NCBI GenBank assembly: GCA_037143195.1
Contig: JBAWZD010000002.1
Location: 3,206-67,205, forward strand
Direction of reading: 5' to 3'
DNA: 64,000 bases
From: a bacterium
Lineage (GTDB): Bacteria; Patescibacteriota; Minisyncoccia; Phycocordibacterales; UBA9973
The notes beneath the pieces are model-generated. The model was given only the letters and a program-made list of their open reading frames with translations, made no database searches and was not told the DNA's origin. Position 1 is the first letter of the stretch. Each line of letters begins with the position of its first letter. Of this stretch, positions 10,393-20,339 are shown one piece after another. Position numbers and translations under genes: made by a program.

Positions 10393-10573
10393 AAAAAAAG
10401 CATAAATCTCTAAATAATCCTTCAAACAGCTAGGTGTTAAAAGTAAGGAGACCGCGGAGGATGGCTGCAGCACTTCCGGAAACGAGCCCGGGAGCCAAAA
10501 CGTCCTTTACGAGATCCTATACGGCCCAAGAGCCTGATCACTTAGAGATTTATGCCTTCTTTAAAACGACAAC
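10393..10573 (-). ncRNA. Candidate structured ncRNA with 6S-RNA-like rod architecture
   Basis: 20-bp closing stem (10400-10419 with 10536-10555; G-U pairs only on the minus strand), central bubble, inner stems, U7 tail; promoter TTGCGC-16-TACGAT at 10607-10580. Confidence 0.55.
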
Positions 10574-10694
10574 CCATCTATCGTACTCCCTATCGCGCAT
10601 CGCGCAAAGGGAACAAATGGTATACTGTGTGTATACCCTGTGCAAAAGGTGGGTATTGATTCAATTACATGTAGTCTAGCATACGATGTTTTAA

Positions 10695-11711
10695 ATGTCA
10701 ACCCCCTATCCACACCCCATGAATGACCCAGAACAAAAAAAGGAATACGACTCATATCTCGATCACACACTCCGACCGAGCACTTTTAGTGATTACATCG
10801 GCCAAGAATCGATCAAAGAAAATCTCAAAATACTTTTGCAAGCAGCAAGTGAGCGCAACCATCCAGCAGAACATATTCTTTTTTATGGACCACCAGGACT
10901 CGGCAAAACAACACTCGCGCATTTGATCGCAAAAGAAACTGGTCGTTCACTCAAATCAACATCTGGTCCGGCGATTGAAAAAGTTGGAGACCTTGCATCA
11001 ATCCTCACCAACCTGCAACCAGGAGATATTTTGTTCGTGGACGAAATTCACCGCCTCAACAAAACGATTGAGGAAGTCCTCTACCCTGCAATGGAGAGTG
11101 GTGTGCTCGATATCATCATCGGCAAGGGTCCAAGTGCTCGTACGATCCAACTCGATCTTCCTGCATTCACTCTCATCGCAGCGACAACGCGCATCGCGCT
11201 CCTCTCTGCTCCACTGCGCTCACGTTTCTCAGGCGGAACATTTCGTCTTGAATTCTATACTGAAGAAGAAATCGCCAAAATCATTCGTCGCAGTGCAAAC
11301 GTACTCGGTGTAACAATCGACGATGAAGCGGTGATTGAAATTGCAAAACGTGCACGCTTCACTCCTCGCACTGCAAACTATTTCCTCAAGCGCTGTCGTG
11401 ACTATGCGCAGGTGCACAAAAAAGATCTCGACAAGAAAACTGTTTTTCTTGCACTTTCACTCCTCGGCATCGACGAGCAAGGACTTTCAGAAAGTGATCG
11501 CCAAGTCCTCACTGTCATCATCGAGAAATTTAATGGTGGACCAGTTGGCTTGAACACCATCGCCGCCGCAACAAGCGAAGAGGAAGCGACGATCGAAGAA
11601 GTCATCGAGCCATACCTCATTCAACGAGGACTGCTCGATCGCACAACACGCGGACGTATTGCCACAAAGAAAGCGTACGAACATCTTGGGTTTGAATATC
11701 CGGAGCAGTAG
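10695..11711 (+). CDS. ruvB: Holliday junction branch migration helicase RuvB
   Basis: LRP...YIGQ, GPPGLGKTT, DEIHRL, LYPAME, PLRSRF, IEPYL; start could be 10719. Confidence 0.97.
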   Translation: MSTPYPHPMNDPEQKKEYDSYLDHTLRPSTFSDYIGQESIKENLKILLQAASERNHPAEHILFYGPPGLGKTTLAHLIAKETGRSLKSTSGPAIEKVGDLASILTNLQPGDILFVDEIHRLNKTIEEVLYPAMESGVLDIIIGKGPSARTIQLDLPAFTLIAATTRIALLSAPLRSRFSGGTFRLEFYTEEEIAKIIRRSANVLGVTIDDEAVIEIAKRARFTPRTANYFLKRCRDYAQVHKKDLDKKTVFLALSLLGIDEQGLSESDRQVLTVIIEKFNGGPVGLNTIAAATSEEEATIEEVIEPYLIQRGLLDRTTRGRIATKKAYEHLGFEYPEQ

Positions 11712-11719
11712 ATATCAAA

Positions 11720-11743
11720 AACCGGACCTTACAGGGTCCGGTT
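11720..11743. terminator. Hairpin after ruvB
   Basis: AACCGGACC/GGTCCGGTT inverted repeat. Confidence 0.5.
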
Positions 11744-11940
11744 ACATTACATAGTGGCCCGCCGACTGAGTGCTTCCAAAAATTGAAAGCTAAAAAGTAT
11801 GAACCTCGCGGTTCTGGGTGGAAGATGATGGATATTTTCCATCATCAAATAACAAATCAAAGTTATCAATTTATTTTGGTTTTGGGGCCAATGATAGCGC
11901 ATCTTCCCTTCAGAATCAAAAAGCTGTATGCTGATTTTGT

Positions 11941-12465
11941 ATGTCAGGACACAATAAATGGTCACAAATTATGCGCCAAAAGGGCGCGAGCGACTCCAAG
12001 CGAGCTCAACAATTCGGCAAACTTTCGCGTATGATTTCGGCTCAAGTGAAGGTTGCAAAAGGCGACCGCAGCGCAGTGCTTGTACGCCAAGCAATCGAAA
12101 AGGCGCGTTCGGCTGATATGCCACTAGACACCATCGAGAGAGCTATCTCCAAGGCTACGGAGCAGAAAGACCTCGAAACCATCGTCTACGAGGCGTATGG
12201 CCCCGGTGGAGCGGGTCTCATCATCGAAGCACTCACCGAAAACCGCAACAAGGCGGCTCAGGAGATTCGCCACATCCTTTCGAAAAACGGTTTTGCTCTT
12301 GCGGGCATCGGCAGTGTCATGTGGGCGTTCCAAAAAATCGAGGGTGAACTTACTCCGACCATGACCGTTCCCCTCTCTGAAGCAGACACAAGTCTCTTGA
12401 TGAAACTCGTCGAGGAACTCGAGGCGAACGAAGAAGTCCAAGAAGTAATCACCAACGCAGAATAA
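11941..12465 (+). CDS. yebC: YebC/PmpR family protein (short form)
   Basis: MSGHNKWSQI, YEAYGPGG, EALTENRNK; ruvB-yebC-ruvC synteny. Confidence 0.93.
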   Translation: MSGHNKWSQIMRQKGASDSKRAQQFGKLSRMISAQVKVAKGDRSAVLVRQAIEKARSADMPLDTIERAISKATEQKDLETIVYEAYGPGGAGLIIEALTENRNKAAQEIRHILSKNGFALAGIGSVMWAFQKIEGELTPTMTVPLSEADTSLLMKLVEELEANEEVQEVITNAE

Positions 12466-12469
12466 CTAT

Positions 12470-12943
12470 ATGCGCATTCTTGGTATAGACCCTGGAATTG
12501 AACGCGTCGGCATCGCCATTGTCGAGCGCGTGAATGGTAAAGAGACGCATCTTTACTCGGCGTGTTTCAAGACGTCATCAAAACTCGCGCACGCGGAACG
12601 TCTTGCACTCATTGGTGAAGAGCTTGAACGGGTGATCGCCGAATGGTCTCCGAATGGAGTCGCGATTGAAAAATTGTATTTTGAGACAAATACAAAAACG
12701 GCTATGAGTGTGGCGGAGGCTCGTGGGGTGATGTTGTATTCGGGAGCGCGAGCGAAGCTCGCGCTCTATGAGTACACTCCGCTCCAAATCAAAGTCGCAG
12801 TCACCGGCTACGGCAAAAGCGACAAACACGCCATCATGGACATGGTCCCTCGACTCATAAAACTCCCCAACCGACCTATGATTGACGACGAAGTAGACGC
12901 GATTGCGATCGCACTCACCTGTTTCGCGTACGAAAAAATATAG
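12470..12943 (+). CDS. ruvC: Holliday junction resolvase RuvC
   Basis: ILGIDPG, AIEKLYF, AEARGV, YTPLQIKVAVTGYG, DDEVDAIAIA. Confidence 0.97.
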   Translation: MRILGIDPGIERVGIAIVERVNGKETHLYSACFKTSSKLAHAERLALIGEELERVIAEWSPNGVAIEKLYFETNTKTAMSVAEARGVMLYSGARAKLALYEYTPLQIKVAVTGYGKSDKHAIMDMVPRLIKLPNRPMIDDEVDAIAIALTCFAYEKI

Positions 12944-13044
12944 TTTTCCCCAACTCTCCTCGCAAAAAGGTTGCGAAGAAAAACTGCTTTTGATACAAAT
13001 GGATGCGTACAAGGTCGTTCGTAATAATAGTATTCATATAGTAT

Positions 13045-13227
13045 ATGCAATTTGAAGAAGATGAAGTTCGCCAGTCAGATGAAGATCCAGAATTCACGGG
13101 CACCGCGACAGACGACAGTGTAGACGATGAATTCATTGACGACGATGACATTCCAGTCGACGAGGAAGGAGAACTCCTCGACGAAGATGAGGACGAGGAA
13201 GACGACGAAGTCGCAGCAGACCTCTAG
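13045..13227 (+). CDS. Small, extremely acidic hypothetical protein
   Basis: 60 aa, about half Asp/Glu; fills the intergenic gap and is followed by a terminator. Confidence 0.7.
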   Translation: MQFEEDEVRQSDEDPEFTGTATDDSVDDEFIDDDDIPVDEEGELLDEDEDEEDDEVAADL

Positions 13228-13241
13228 TTTCCTTCGCAAAA

Positions 13242-13275
13242 AGAAAATGCCCAAGCGTACGCTTGGGCATTTTCT
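13242..13275. terminator. Bidirectional terminator
   Basis: Perfect palindrome AGAAAATGCCCAAGCGT/ACGCTTGGGCATTTTCT between convergent genes. Confidence 0.75.
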
Positions 13276-13288
13276 GTATTCGTTCTTA

Positions 13289-14677
13289 TTACTCGTAACG
13301 GAAGAATCTCATTTTACCAACACGGTATGTTCCTTTTTCTGGAGATGCTCCCACATCAGTCACTTTTTGGTCATTCTCAAGATGTGTGACCGCTCCTGCT
13401 TCGACAAGTCGACGTGCCTCCGTCTTTGAACTTGCCACCTCGGCACGCATCATCAAATCAATGATAGTCGCATACTCCCCTGTGACAACGGAAACATCTT
13501 CAGGGATTTTCTTTTCCGAAAATGTTTCTACCCAAGAATTCTCCGCAGTCTTTACGATCGCCTCTCCGTGGTATATTGCGACAATCTCACGGGCAAGTCG
13601 CATTTTGATATCACGTGGATTCGTCTTGCCATCGGTAAGCACTTGAGCAATCTCCTTGACCTCATCAAGCGGAGTGTATGTTGTGAGTTCGAAGTATCGA
13701 GGAATGAGCGTGTCAGGGAGCGACATGATTTTGCCGTACATATCGTTTGGCTCATCTGCGATACTGACATAGTTGTCGAGCGACTTGCTCATCTTCTCTT
13801 TCCCATCGAGCCCCTCGAGGATATCCATACTCATCACCGCTTGTTCTTTCTGCTTGTTCATCTTCATGACATCGCGGCCCATGAGCATGTTGAATGTCTG
13901 ATCTGTTCCCCCAATCTCAAGATCACACGACCCGTAGATATTTGCGAGTAGCGATGAATCGATCCCCTGAAGAACTGGATACAACATTTCGTGCATGTGA
14001 AGTTCCGCGCCACTTTGGATACGATCCTGAAACATATCACGCTCAATGAGTCGCGCATGGGTAATATGACGCAGTGTTCCCAAGATTCGCATGAATGACA
14101 CAGAGTGGATCTCTTTTGTATGGAGCATCGTCTTTTGCATGCGAGTACTGTCAAACAATACCGCCTTGCCCACAAACGATCGTGGGTCGAGCGTGTACTC
14201 CATCTTCTTGCCTTCAACCTCAACATTCATTGAGACCTTCGTATCAGGACTTGGCTCGATATCAGTCACATCCAAAAACCAATCTGAATTACAAATCCAA
14301 GAAAACACTTTTGGGTCGGTCGAAAGAATCTTTCCTACTTGATCAAGGTACGTCTGCATATTCGCTCGAATCTCGGCTTGGCTTATTTCCGGACGAGTTT
14401 TCGATTTTCCTGTCGGGTCACCGATGAGTGAGGTGTAGTCTCCAATCAAAAAGATCACCTTACAGCCAATATCTTGAAACGCGCGGAGTTTGCGCAAAAT
14501 AACAGCGTGGCCAAGGTGGATATCTGGTCGCGTAGGGTCAATACCAAGCTTTATCACAATATCACCCGCATGTTCACCGCGAGCTTTTTGTGCGACTTTC
14601 TCACGAAACGTATTTTCTGGGTCGATAAGCGTCGCAATCCCGCGAGAAAAAAGTTCATCAAGATTCACTGTATTCAT
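13289..14677 (-). CDS. tyrS: Tyrosine--tRNA ligase
   Basis: GIDPTRPDIHLGH, GDPTGK, YPVLQG, GGTDQTFN, KMSKS, C-terminal S4 domain; start trimmed to MNTVN. Confidence 0.96.
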   Translation of the reverse strand: MNTVNLDELFSRGIATLIDPENTFREKVAQKARGEHAGDIVIKLGIDPTRPDIHLGHAVILRKLRAFQDIGCKVIFLIGDYTSLIGDPTGKSKTRPEISQAEIRANMQTYLDQVGKILSTDPKVFSWICNSDWFLDVTDIEPSPDTKVSMNVEVEGKKMEYTLDPRSFVGKAVLFDSTRMQKTMLHTKEIHSVSFMRILGTLRHITHARLIERDMFQDRIQSGAELHMHEMLYPVLQGIDSSLLANIYGSCDLEIGGTDQTFNMLMGRDVMKMNKQKEQAVMSMDILEGLDGKEKMSKSLDNYVSIADEPNDMYGKIMSLPDTLIPRYFELTTYTPLDEVKEIAQVLTDGKTNPRDIKMRLAREIVAIYHGEAIVKTAENSWVETFSEKKIPEDVSVVTGEYATIIDLMMRAEVASSKTEARRLVEAGAVTHLENDQKVTDVGASPEKGTYRVGKMRFFRYE

Positions 14678-14737
14678 ACGATGCACTTTACCACAAAAGG
14701 TTTTTTTTGTCCTCGGGCGCGTGATATGATTGTTTCC

Positions 14738-17254
14738 ATGAATAACCAAACAAAAACTCACCATATTCTCCGTAATATCGGATTCGCGTTTCTCGGAACT
14801 TGCGCACTGCTCAGTGGAATTCTGCTTGTTTGGATTAGTCTTATCAAGCTCCCTGATTTCAGTTCGTTTGATAGCCGAAAAGTAACCAACTCAACCAAAA
14901 TTTACGATCGTACTGGCACAATTGTCTTATATGACCTTGGCCAAAACGCTCACCGAACATCAATCCCCTACACTGAGATGGGGACAAGTATAAAAAATGC
15001 GACAGTCGCAATCGAAGACTCGAACTTCTATCAAAATTTTGGAATCGAACCAAAGGCGATGATCCGCGCGCTCATTGCTGACATCACCCACGCGGGTGCG
15101 GTGCAAGGTGGATCAACAATCACCCAACAAGTCATCAAAAAGAGTCTCCTCTCTGACGACAAAACGATTGTCCGAAAATTAAAAGAAGTCGTTCTTGCGC
15201 TCAAGCTTGAGCATGAATACACCAAAGACCAAATCCTTGGTGCGTATCTTAACGAAATTCCATATGGCGGAAATGTCTACGGTATCCAAGAAGCGTCTCA
15301 ATCATTCTTCGGTAAGAACCCAAGTGATCTTACACTCGCAGAGTCTGCCTACCTCGCCGCAATTCCAAACGCACCAACACACTATTCTCCGTACGGTTCA
15401 CACAAAAACGATCTTGATACACGAAAAAATTTCGTGCTTACTCGAGAACGTGACCTTGGGTTTATTACTGACACACAATTCACTCAAGCAAAAAACGAAC
15501 AAGTAGTATTTAAACCACAACAATCGAATGGAATTAAAGCTCCTCATTTTGTGTTTTTCATCAAGGATTATCTTGAACAGAAATACGGAGCAGACATGGT
15601 TGAATCCGGAGGACTGAAAGTCATCAGCACGCTTGATTACGATCTACAACAATCTGCTGAGAAGGCAGTCACTGAATATACACTTGGTGACAAGAAACAA
15701 ATCGACAAAGAAAATGCTGGACTTGTTGCAATAGACCCAAAGACAGGACAAGTGCTCGCAATGGTTGGCTCACGAAATTATTTTGATACAGAAATCGATG
15801 GTAATTTTAATGTCACCACAGCGCAACGCCAACCAGGATCTTCGTTTAAACCATTTATGTATGCAACAGCATTCGAAGGTGGATACACCGCTGAAACATC
15901 ACTCTTTGATGTTCCAACTGAATTTAACGCAAAATGTGATCCTTACGGGAAACCATACCCAGGTGTAACTCAAGACCAATGTTACATGCCACAAAACTAC
16001 GACCAGAAATACCATGGCCCAATGACTATTCGTGAGGCACTCGCTCGATCCATGAACGTGCCTGCAGTCAAAATGCTCTATATTGTGGGAGTTCAAAATG
16101 CAATCAAAACTGCCCAAGATATGGGAATCACAACACTCGCTGATTCGTCTCGATATGGTCTCGCGCTTGTGCTTGGAGGAGGTGAAGTAAAACTTCTTGA
16201 GATGGTGAGTGCGTATAGTGATTTTGCAGCCGAAGGTGTGCGTCATCCATATGCGAGTGTATTATCGGTCCAAGACAAAAACGGAAACACACTAGAATCA
16301 TGGCAGGATAATCCAGTCACCGTCCTTCCAAAAGATGTCACCCTCACCATGAGTGATATTCTTTCTGACAACACTGCTCGCACACCTACATTCGGGCCAA
16401 ACTCCTCACTCTATTTCCCAGACAGACAAGTCGCAGTAAAGACTGGAACAACAAATGATTACAAAGATTCATGGGCAATTGGATATACTCCATCACTCAC
16501 CGCTGGTGTGTGGGTTGGTAAAAACGATAATACGTCGATGCCAGTTGTTGTGACCGCGTCCCCTGTCTGGCACGCATTCATGCAAGAAGCACTCAAAAAA
16601 TACCCAAACGAAACGTTTGATAAACCCGCTATAAATCCAAACTATAATTCCCTTCCGCCAGTACTTCGTGGTTATTGGCAGGGAGGAAAAAGTTTTGTTG
16701 TTGACTCTGTGTCAGGAAAACTCGCAACAGATAAAACACCGCTCTCAACTCAAAAAGAATACGTAATCACTGACGTCCATGACATTTTACATTGGGTAAA
16801 TAAAACAAATCCAGCAAGTGGTGCTCCAACAAACCCAGAAAACGATCCTCTTTATAATAATTTTGAAACAGCTGTTCAAAATTGGTGGGCTCAAAATTAT
16901 ACAAAATACCCAATCGTTTCAGACACTCAAAAACCAACAGGGTATGATGATGTTCACACAACTAAAAATACACCGAGTATTATTATTGGTAGTCCAAAAA
17001 TGTCACAGCAGTTTAAACAAGATGATGTAGTCCCTGTTATTGTTAGTGAGACAGGTCAGTACCAACTCCAAAAAATTGATGTCTTTTTAAACAACTCTTT
17101 TGTTGGTTCAACAAAAAATGGTAATCCGCTTTTCACTTTCACCCCAAGCCAAGTCACCGGAGTACTTGTTGGAGAAAACAAACTTACCGTCACAGGTACT
17201 GATACCGCTGGTAATACAGTAACCGTGAGCGAACCAATTCAGATCACTGACTAA
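14738..17254 (+). CDS. Class A penicillin-binding protein (PBP1A family) with C-terminal Ig-like domain
   Basis: Transglycosylase EDSNFY, GGSTITQQ, RKLKE; transpeptidase SSFK, SMN, KTGT motifs. Confidence 0.95.
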   Translation: MNNQTKTHHILRNIGFAFLGTCALLSGILLVWISLIKLPDFSSFDSRKVTNSTKIYDRTGTIVLYDLGQNAHRTSIPYTEMGTSIKNATVAIEDSNFYQNFGIEPKAMIRALIADITHAGAVQGGSTITQQVIKKSLLSDDKTIVRKLKEVVLALKLEHEYTKDQILGAYLNEIPYGGNVYGIQEASQSFFGKNPSDLTLAESAYLAAIPNAPTHYSPYGSHKNDLDTRKNFVLTRERDLGFITDTQFTQAKNEQVVFKPQQSNGIKAPHFVFFIKDYLEQKYGADMVESGGLKVISTLDYDLQQSAEKAVTEYTLGDKKQIDKENAGLVAIDPKTGQVLAMVGSRNYFDTEIDGNFNVTTAQRQPGSSFKPFMYATAFEGGYTAETSLFDVPTEFNAKCDPYGKPYPGVTQDQCYMPQNYDQKYHGPMTIREALARSMNVPAVKMLYIVGVQNAIKTAQDMGITTLADSSRYGLALVLGGGEVKLLEMVSAYSDFAAEGVRHPYASVLSVQDKNGNTLESWQDNPVTVLPKDVTLTMSDILSDNTARTPTFGPNSSLYFPDRQVAVKTGTTNDYKDSWAIGYTPSLTAGVWVGKNDNTSMPVVVTASPVWHAFMQEALKKYPNETFDKPAINPNYNSLPPVLRGYWQGGKSFVVDSVSGKLATDKTPLSTQKEYVITDVHDILHWVNKTNPASGAPTNPENDPLYNNFETAVQNWWAQNYTKYPIVSDTQKPTGYDDVHTTKNTPSIIIGSPKMSQQFKQDDVVPVIVSETGQYQLQKIDVFLNNSFVGSTKNGNPLFTFTPSQVTGVLVGENKLTVTGTDTAGNTVTVSEPIQITD

Positions 17255-17508
17255 CCAACTCGGGTGATGTGTTTTGTGAGAGGACTCTCTTTGAGTGCGA
17301 GGAGTATTTTTTGTTGTTTTAAAAAAACTTCATTCTTTTGGAGTGCACTCATTTTAATTTGAACACTTGTTCCTTTTATAGATATCTTTGAGAGATCAGA
17401 AATAGTGATTGAATTCTTTTTAAGCACTAAAAGAACAGTATTCTTTGCATCATCACTTGATTGGGCAAGCTTCGCAAACCTCTCAAGAAAATCACCAATT
17501 CTCTTCAT
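17251..17508 (-). CDS. Small hypothetical protein downstream of dnaN (possible DciA/DUF721-like)
   Basis: 85 aa basic ORF coupled to dnaN; the DciA idea rests on position and size only. Confidence 0.6.
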   Translation of the reverse strand: MKRIGDFLERFAKLAQSSDDAKNTVLLVLKKNSITISDLSKISIKGTSVQIKMSALQKNEVFLKQQKILLALKESPLTKHITRVG

Positions 17509-17514
17509 GAAATA

Positions 17515-18612
17515 TTATCGATTCATCGGCATAAGGAGGTAGGTAAACGAAGAATCAGATACACCCCGAATCACCAACGCCTTATTCCCTCCGTTTAACC
17601 CAATAGTAATACTATCTTGAGGGATCATAGATAAACACTCAATCAAATATCGTTGGTTGATTGAAATAGACACATCATCACCAGAAAGTGCTGCATTAAT
17701 CAGTCCTGAATACTCACCAACATCGCTATTTTTTGCAACACATTCAAACCTCTTTTTTGAAGGAGAAATCGAAAAAATAATTTGATTAAATTTATCGGAA
17801 AAAATATTCGCAGCTTTTAATGTATTAAGAAGATCTTGTTTTAACACAACAACTTCAGTTAAAAAATCTTTAGGGATAATCTGTTTGTAGTCAGGAAAAC
17901 TCCCTGAAACAATACGTGATGTTATATATACACCGGCGGTTGTTATCGCAACCTGATTCTCGTTAATAGTAAGTGTTATTTCGCTATCAAGTGGTTCAAG
18001 GATACGCGCCATCTCAATAATATTCTTGTAGGGGATTATGATTGCAGGAAATTCAACTTGTTTTTTGATTATTTCTTTTTTCTCCGCAAGTCGAAATGAA
18101 TCGGTCGCGACAAAGTAAAGAGTATTCTTATCAACAGTTAAGTACACACTCGCGATTTCGGGTTTAATATCAGAACTTGCTGCTGCAAAATATGTACTCT
18201 TGATACCTCGAATGAATTCATTTTTAGGAATCACAACTTCAACACCAGAAATAGTAGGGAGAGTTGGAAAATCTTCGTATGAGTGTGTTTTGATTGTTGT
18301 TTTATTGTTCCCCGCAACAACGTGGAGTGTTGTGTCGTTTTGTGAAAGGCGAACTTTTTCATTTTTGGGAAGTGTATTTAAGAAACTTGAAAGCGTTTTA
18401 CCATCGAGTGCTACGACTCCATCAGCCTCTGCTTTTACAGAGAGTTCAAATTCAACACCAAGACTTAAGTTGGTTGCTCGAATCTTTACTGTTTTGTTTG
18501 AAACAAGAATCAAGACTGTACTTAGTATTGGGAGTGATGCATTTCGTGCTGTCACACGATCCGCGTTCTCAATCGCGTTTACTAGTTTCTCAACAGTGGT
18601 TTCGAATATCAT
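17515..18612 (-). CDS. dnaN: DNA polymerase III beta clamp
   Basis: LPILS, ATNLSLG, VATDSFRLA, GSFPDYKQIIP, C-terminal LLMPM; follows dnaA. Confidence 0.97.
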   Translation of the reverse strand: MIFETTVEKLVNAIENADRVTARNASLPILSTVLILVSNKTVKIRATNLSLGVEFELSVKAEADGVVALDGKTLSSFLNTLPKNEKVRLSQNDTTLHVVAGNNKTTIKTHSYEDFPTLPTISGVEVVIPKNEFIRGIKSTYFAAASSDIKPEIASVYLTVDKNTLYFVATDSFRLAEKKEIIKKQVEFPAIIIPYKNIIEMARILEPLDSEITLTINENQVAITTAGVYITSRIVSGSFPDYKQIIPKDFLTEVVVLKQDLLNTLKAANIFSDKFNQIIFSISPSKKRFECVAKNSDVGEYSGLINAALSGDDVSISINQRYLIECLSMIPQDSITIGLNGGNKALVIRGVSDSSFTYLLMPMNR

Positions 18613-18814
18613 ATATATAATAAATACTATTACTACTAACAGTGTGGATATGTGTATAAAGTATTTAAAACCTTATTCATCAATCCATAATCCCCTTCCC
18701 GACTGTGAATTTCTTCTGTGAATAAATCCACTTACCAACATCCCTTCTTTTTCCCCCTCTTTTTATTACCAGTTATTCAGTTTCTTTCCACACAATCCCA
18801 GTCGTTTTCCACAC
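18613..18814. other. Replication origin oriC (dnaA-dnaN intergenic)
   Basis: DnaA boxes TGTGGATAT 18643, TGTGTATAA 18651, TGTGAATAA 18717, TTTTCCACA 18805; minus-strand DnaA-trios GTTAGTAGTAATAG and an AT-rich tract next to dnaN. Confidence 0.85.
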
Positions 18815-20176
18815 CTATTTAAACAATGCTCGTATCTGCTCCACTTCTTGAGCTACCAACATATCATTCTTCATATCGTTTTTAATCTTTAAACACGAGT
18901 GGATTACTGTTGTGTGGTCTTTTCCCCCAAGCTTTTGACCAATCAATGGGTACGACACATTGAAATCCTCTCGAAGAATATACATAACAATCTGACGAAC
19001 CTTCACAATCTCTTTTCGGCGGGTCTTTTCATAGATTGAACCCTCTTCAATACTATAGAAATCAGCGATTGTTTTGACAACCTCTTTTACTGAAGCAGTT
19101 TTCTTTTGTTTTATACTATTTTTAAGAAGATTTTTGGTTTCAAGGAGTGTTGGGAAGCGTCCTTTGAGTTGGGTTTGGAGCACGATAGCATTCAAACTAC
19201 CCTCAAGCTCTCGGACATTACCAACTATAACGCTCGCTATATACTCTACAAGCTCGTCAGGGAGGTTTATTCCTGAATCATGCATCTTTGCCTTAAGAAT
19301 AGCTAAACGCGACTCATATTCAGGCTCAGTGATATCCACAATCATTCCCTGTGCGAAGCGAGATCGCATACGATCTTCAAGTCCAGGGATGAAATTAGGG
19401 TGTTTATCGGACGAAAAGACGATTTGTTTCCCGTTTTCATAAAAACTATTAAACAAATGGAAGAGTTCCTCTTGGGTTTTCTCTGCTTTTCCAACTAATT
19501 GCACGTCGTCGATGATAATCGCATCGTATTTGCGATATTTTTCCTTAAAAAGGTTACCCGCTCCCCTATTTGCGGAGACAGAATTGATGTAATCAATCGT
19601 AAATTTCTCTTGCGTGATGTAATAAACCTTTTTGTCAGGGTGTTTTTCTTTGATTGCGTTTCCAACAGATTGAATCAGGTGGGTTTTTCCAAGACCCGAT
19701 GAACCATAGATAAACAAAGGGTTGTATTGTTTTCCAGGGCGAGCTACAGCTGCTTGAGTAGCTGCATATGCGAGTTCATTGAATGGTCCAACAATAAATG
19801 AATCGAATGTATAGCGAGGATTTAGGTTGTCGTCTTTATTTATGTAGAGATCTTTGAGTGGAAGCTCTGGATTCATTGCGAAATCAGGCTTTAGGTGGGT
19901 CATCACTTCTACCTTTTGGTTCTTCGCATCAGTCTTTATCACCATGTATTCCACACTGCGAGTATGTTCCCATGCGTTTCGAAGTACACGCATAATGAGT
20001 TTATGGAATTTGTTCGAAAGCCAATCCTTTACGAATTCATTTGGGACTCCAACGAATACAGTACCTGAATCCTCTTTAACGATTGAGGTGTTTTTAAACC
20101 AAGTACTAAAGTTTGCCTTCGATACTTCTACTTCGATCTCGACGAGGCAGTGATTCCATAACTCTTTTGTATCCAT
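18815..20176 (-). CDS. dnaA: Chromosomal replication initiator DnaA
   Basis: LNPRYTFDSF, YNPLFIYGSSGLGKTHL, IDDVQ, NVRELEG, GGKDHTTVIH. Confidence 0.98.
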   Translation of the reverse strand: MDTKELWNHCLVEIEVEVSKANFSTWFKNTSIVKEDSGTVFVGVPNEFVKDWLSNKFHKLIMRVLRNAWEHTRSVEYMVIKTDAKNQKVEVMTHLKPDFAMNPELPLKDLYINKDDNLNPRYTFDSFIVGPFNELAYAATQAAVARPGKQYNPLFIYGSSGLGKTHLIQSVGNAIKEKHPDKKVYYITQEKFTIDYINSVSANRGAGNLFKEKYRKYDAIIIDDVQLVGKAEKTQEELFHLFNSFYENGKQIVFSSDKHPNFIPGLEDRMRSRFAQGMIVDITEPEYESRLAILKAKMHDSGINLPDELVEYIASVIVGNVRELEGSLNAIVLQTQLKGRFPTLLETKNLLKNSIKQKKTASVKEVVKTIADFYSIEEGSIYEKTRRKEIVKVRQIVMYILREDFNVSYPLIGQKLGGKDHTTVIHSCLKIKNDMKNDMLVAQEVEQIRALFK

Positions 20177-20203
20177 AATTCAGATTATATATGTACTCGC
20201 GTG

Positions 20204-20251
20204 TGTGGATAATAAATAAAACTGCATATCTCTGTTGAAAACCTGTGGAGA
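20204..20251. promoter_or_regulatory. DnaA boxes upstream of dnaA
   Basis: Perfect TGTGGATAA at 20204-20212 plus degenerate TGTTGAAAA and TGTGGAGAA. Confidence 0.7.
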
Positions 20252-20339
20252 ACCATCATACCATGAATCAACCCCGCCCCGCGCACAGATTTCGAAATTG
20301 TTGTTGCAAAATCAATCTTTTATGTTATATTGGCTCAGT

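Noticed and set aside
10393-10573. SRP RNA
   Set aside because: No recognisable domain IV motif (CAGG...GGAA...AGCAG) on either strand
11747-11940. Small minus-strand ORF (MMENIHHLPPRTARFILFSFQFLEALSRRATM) and TGATGGA/TCCATCA hairpin between ruvB and yebC
   Set aside because: No homology clue; cannot be told apart from a chance ORF in AT-rich spacer DNA
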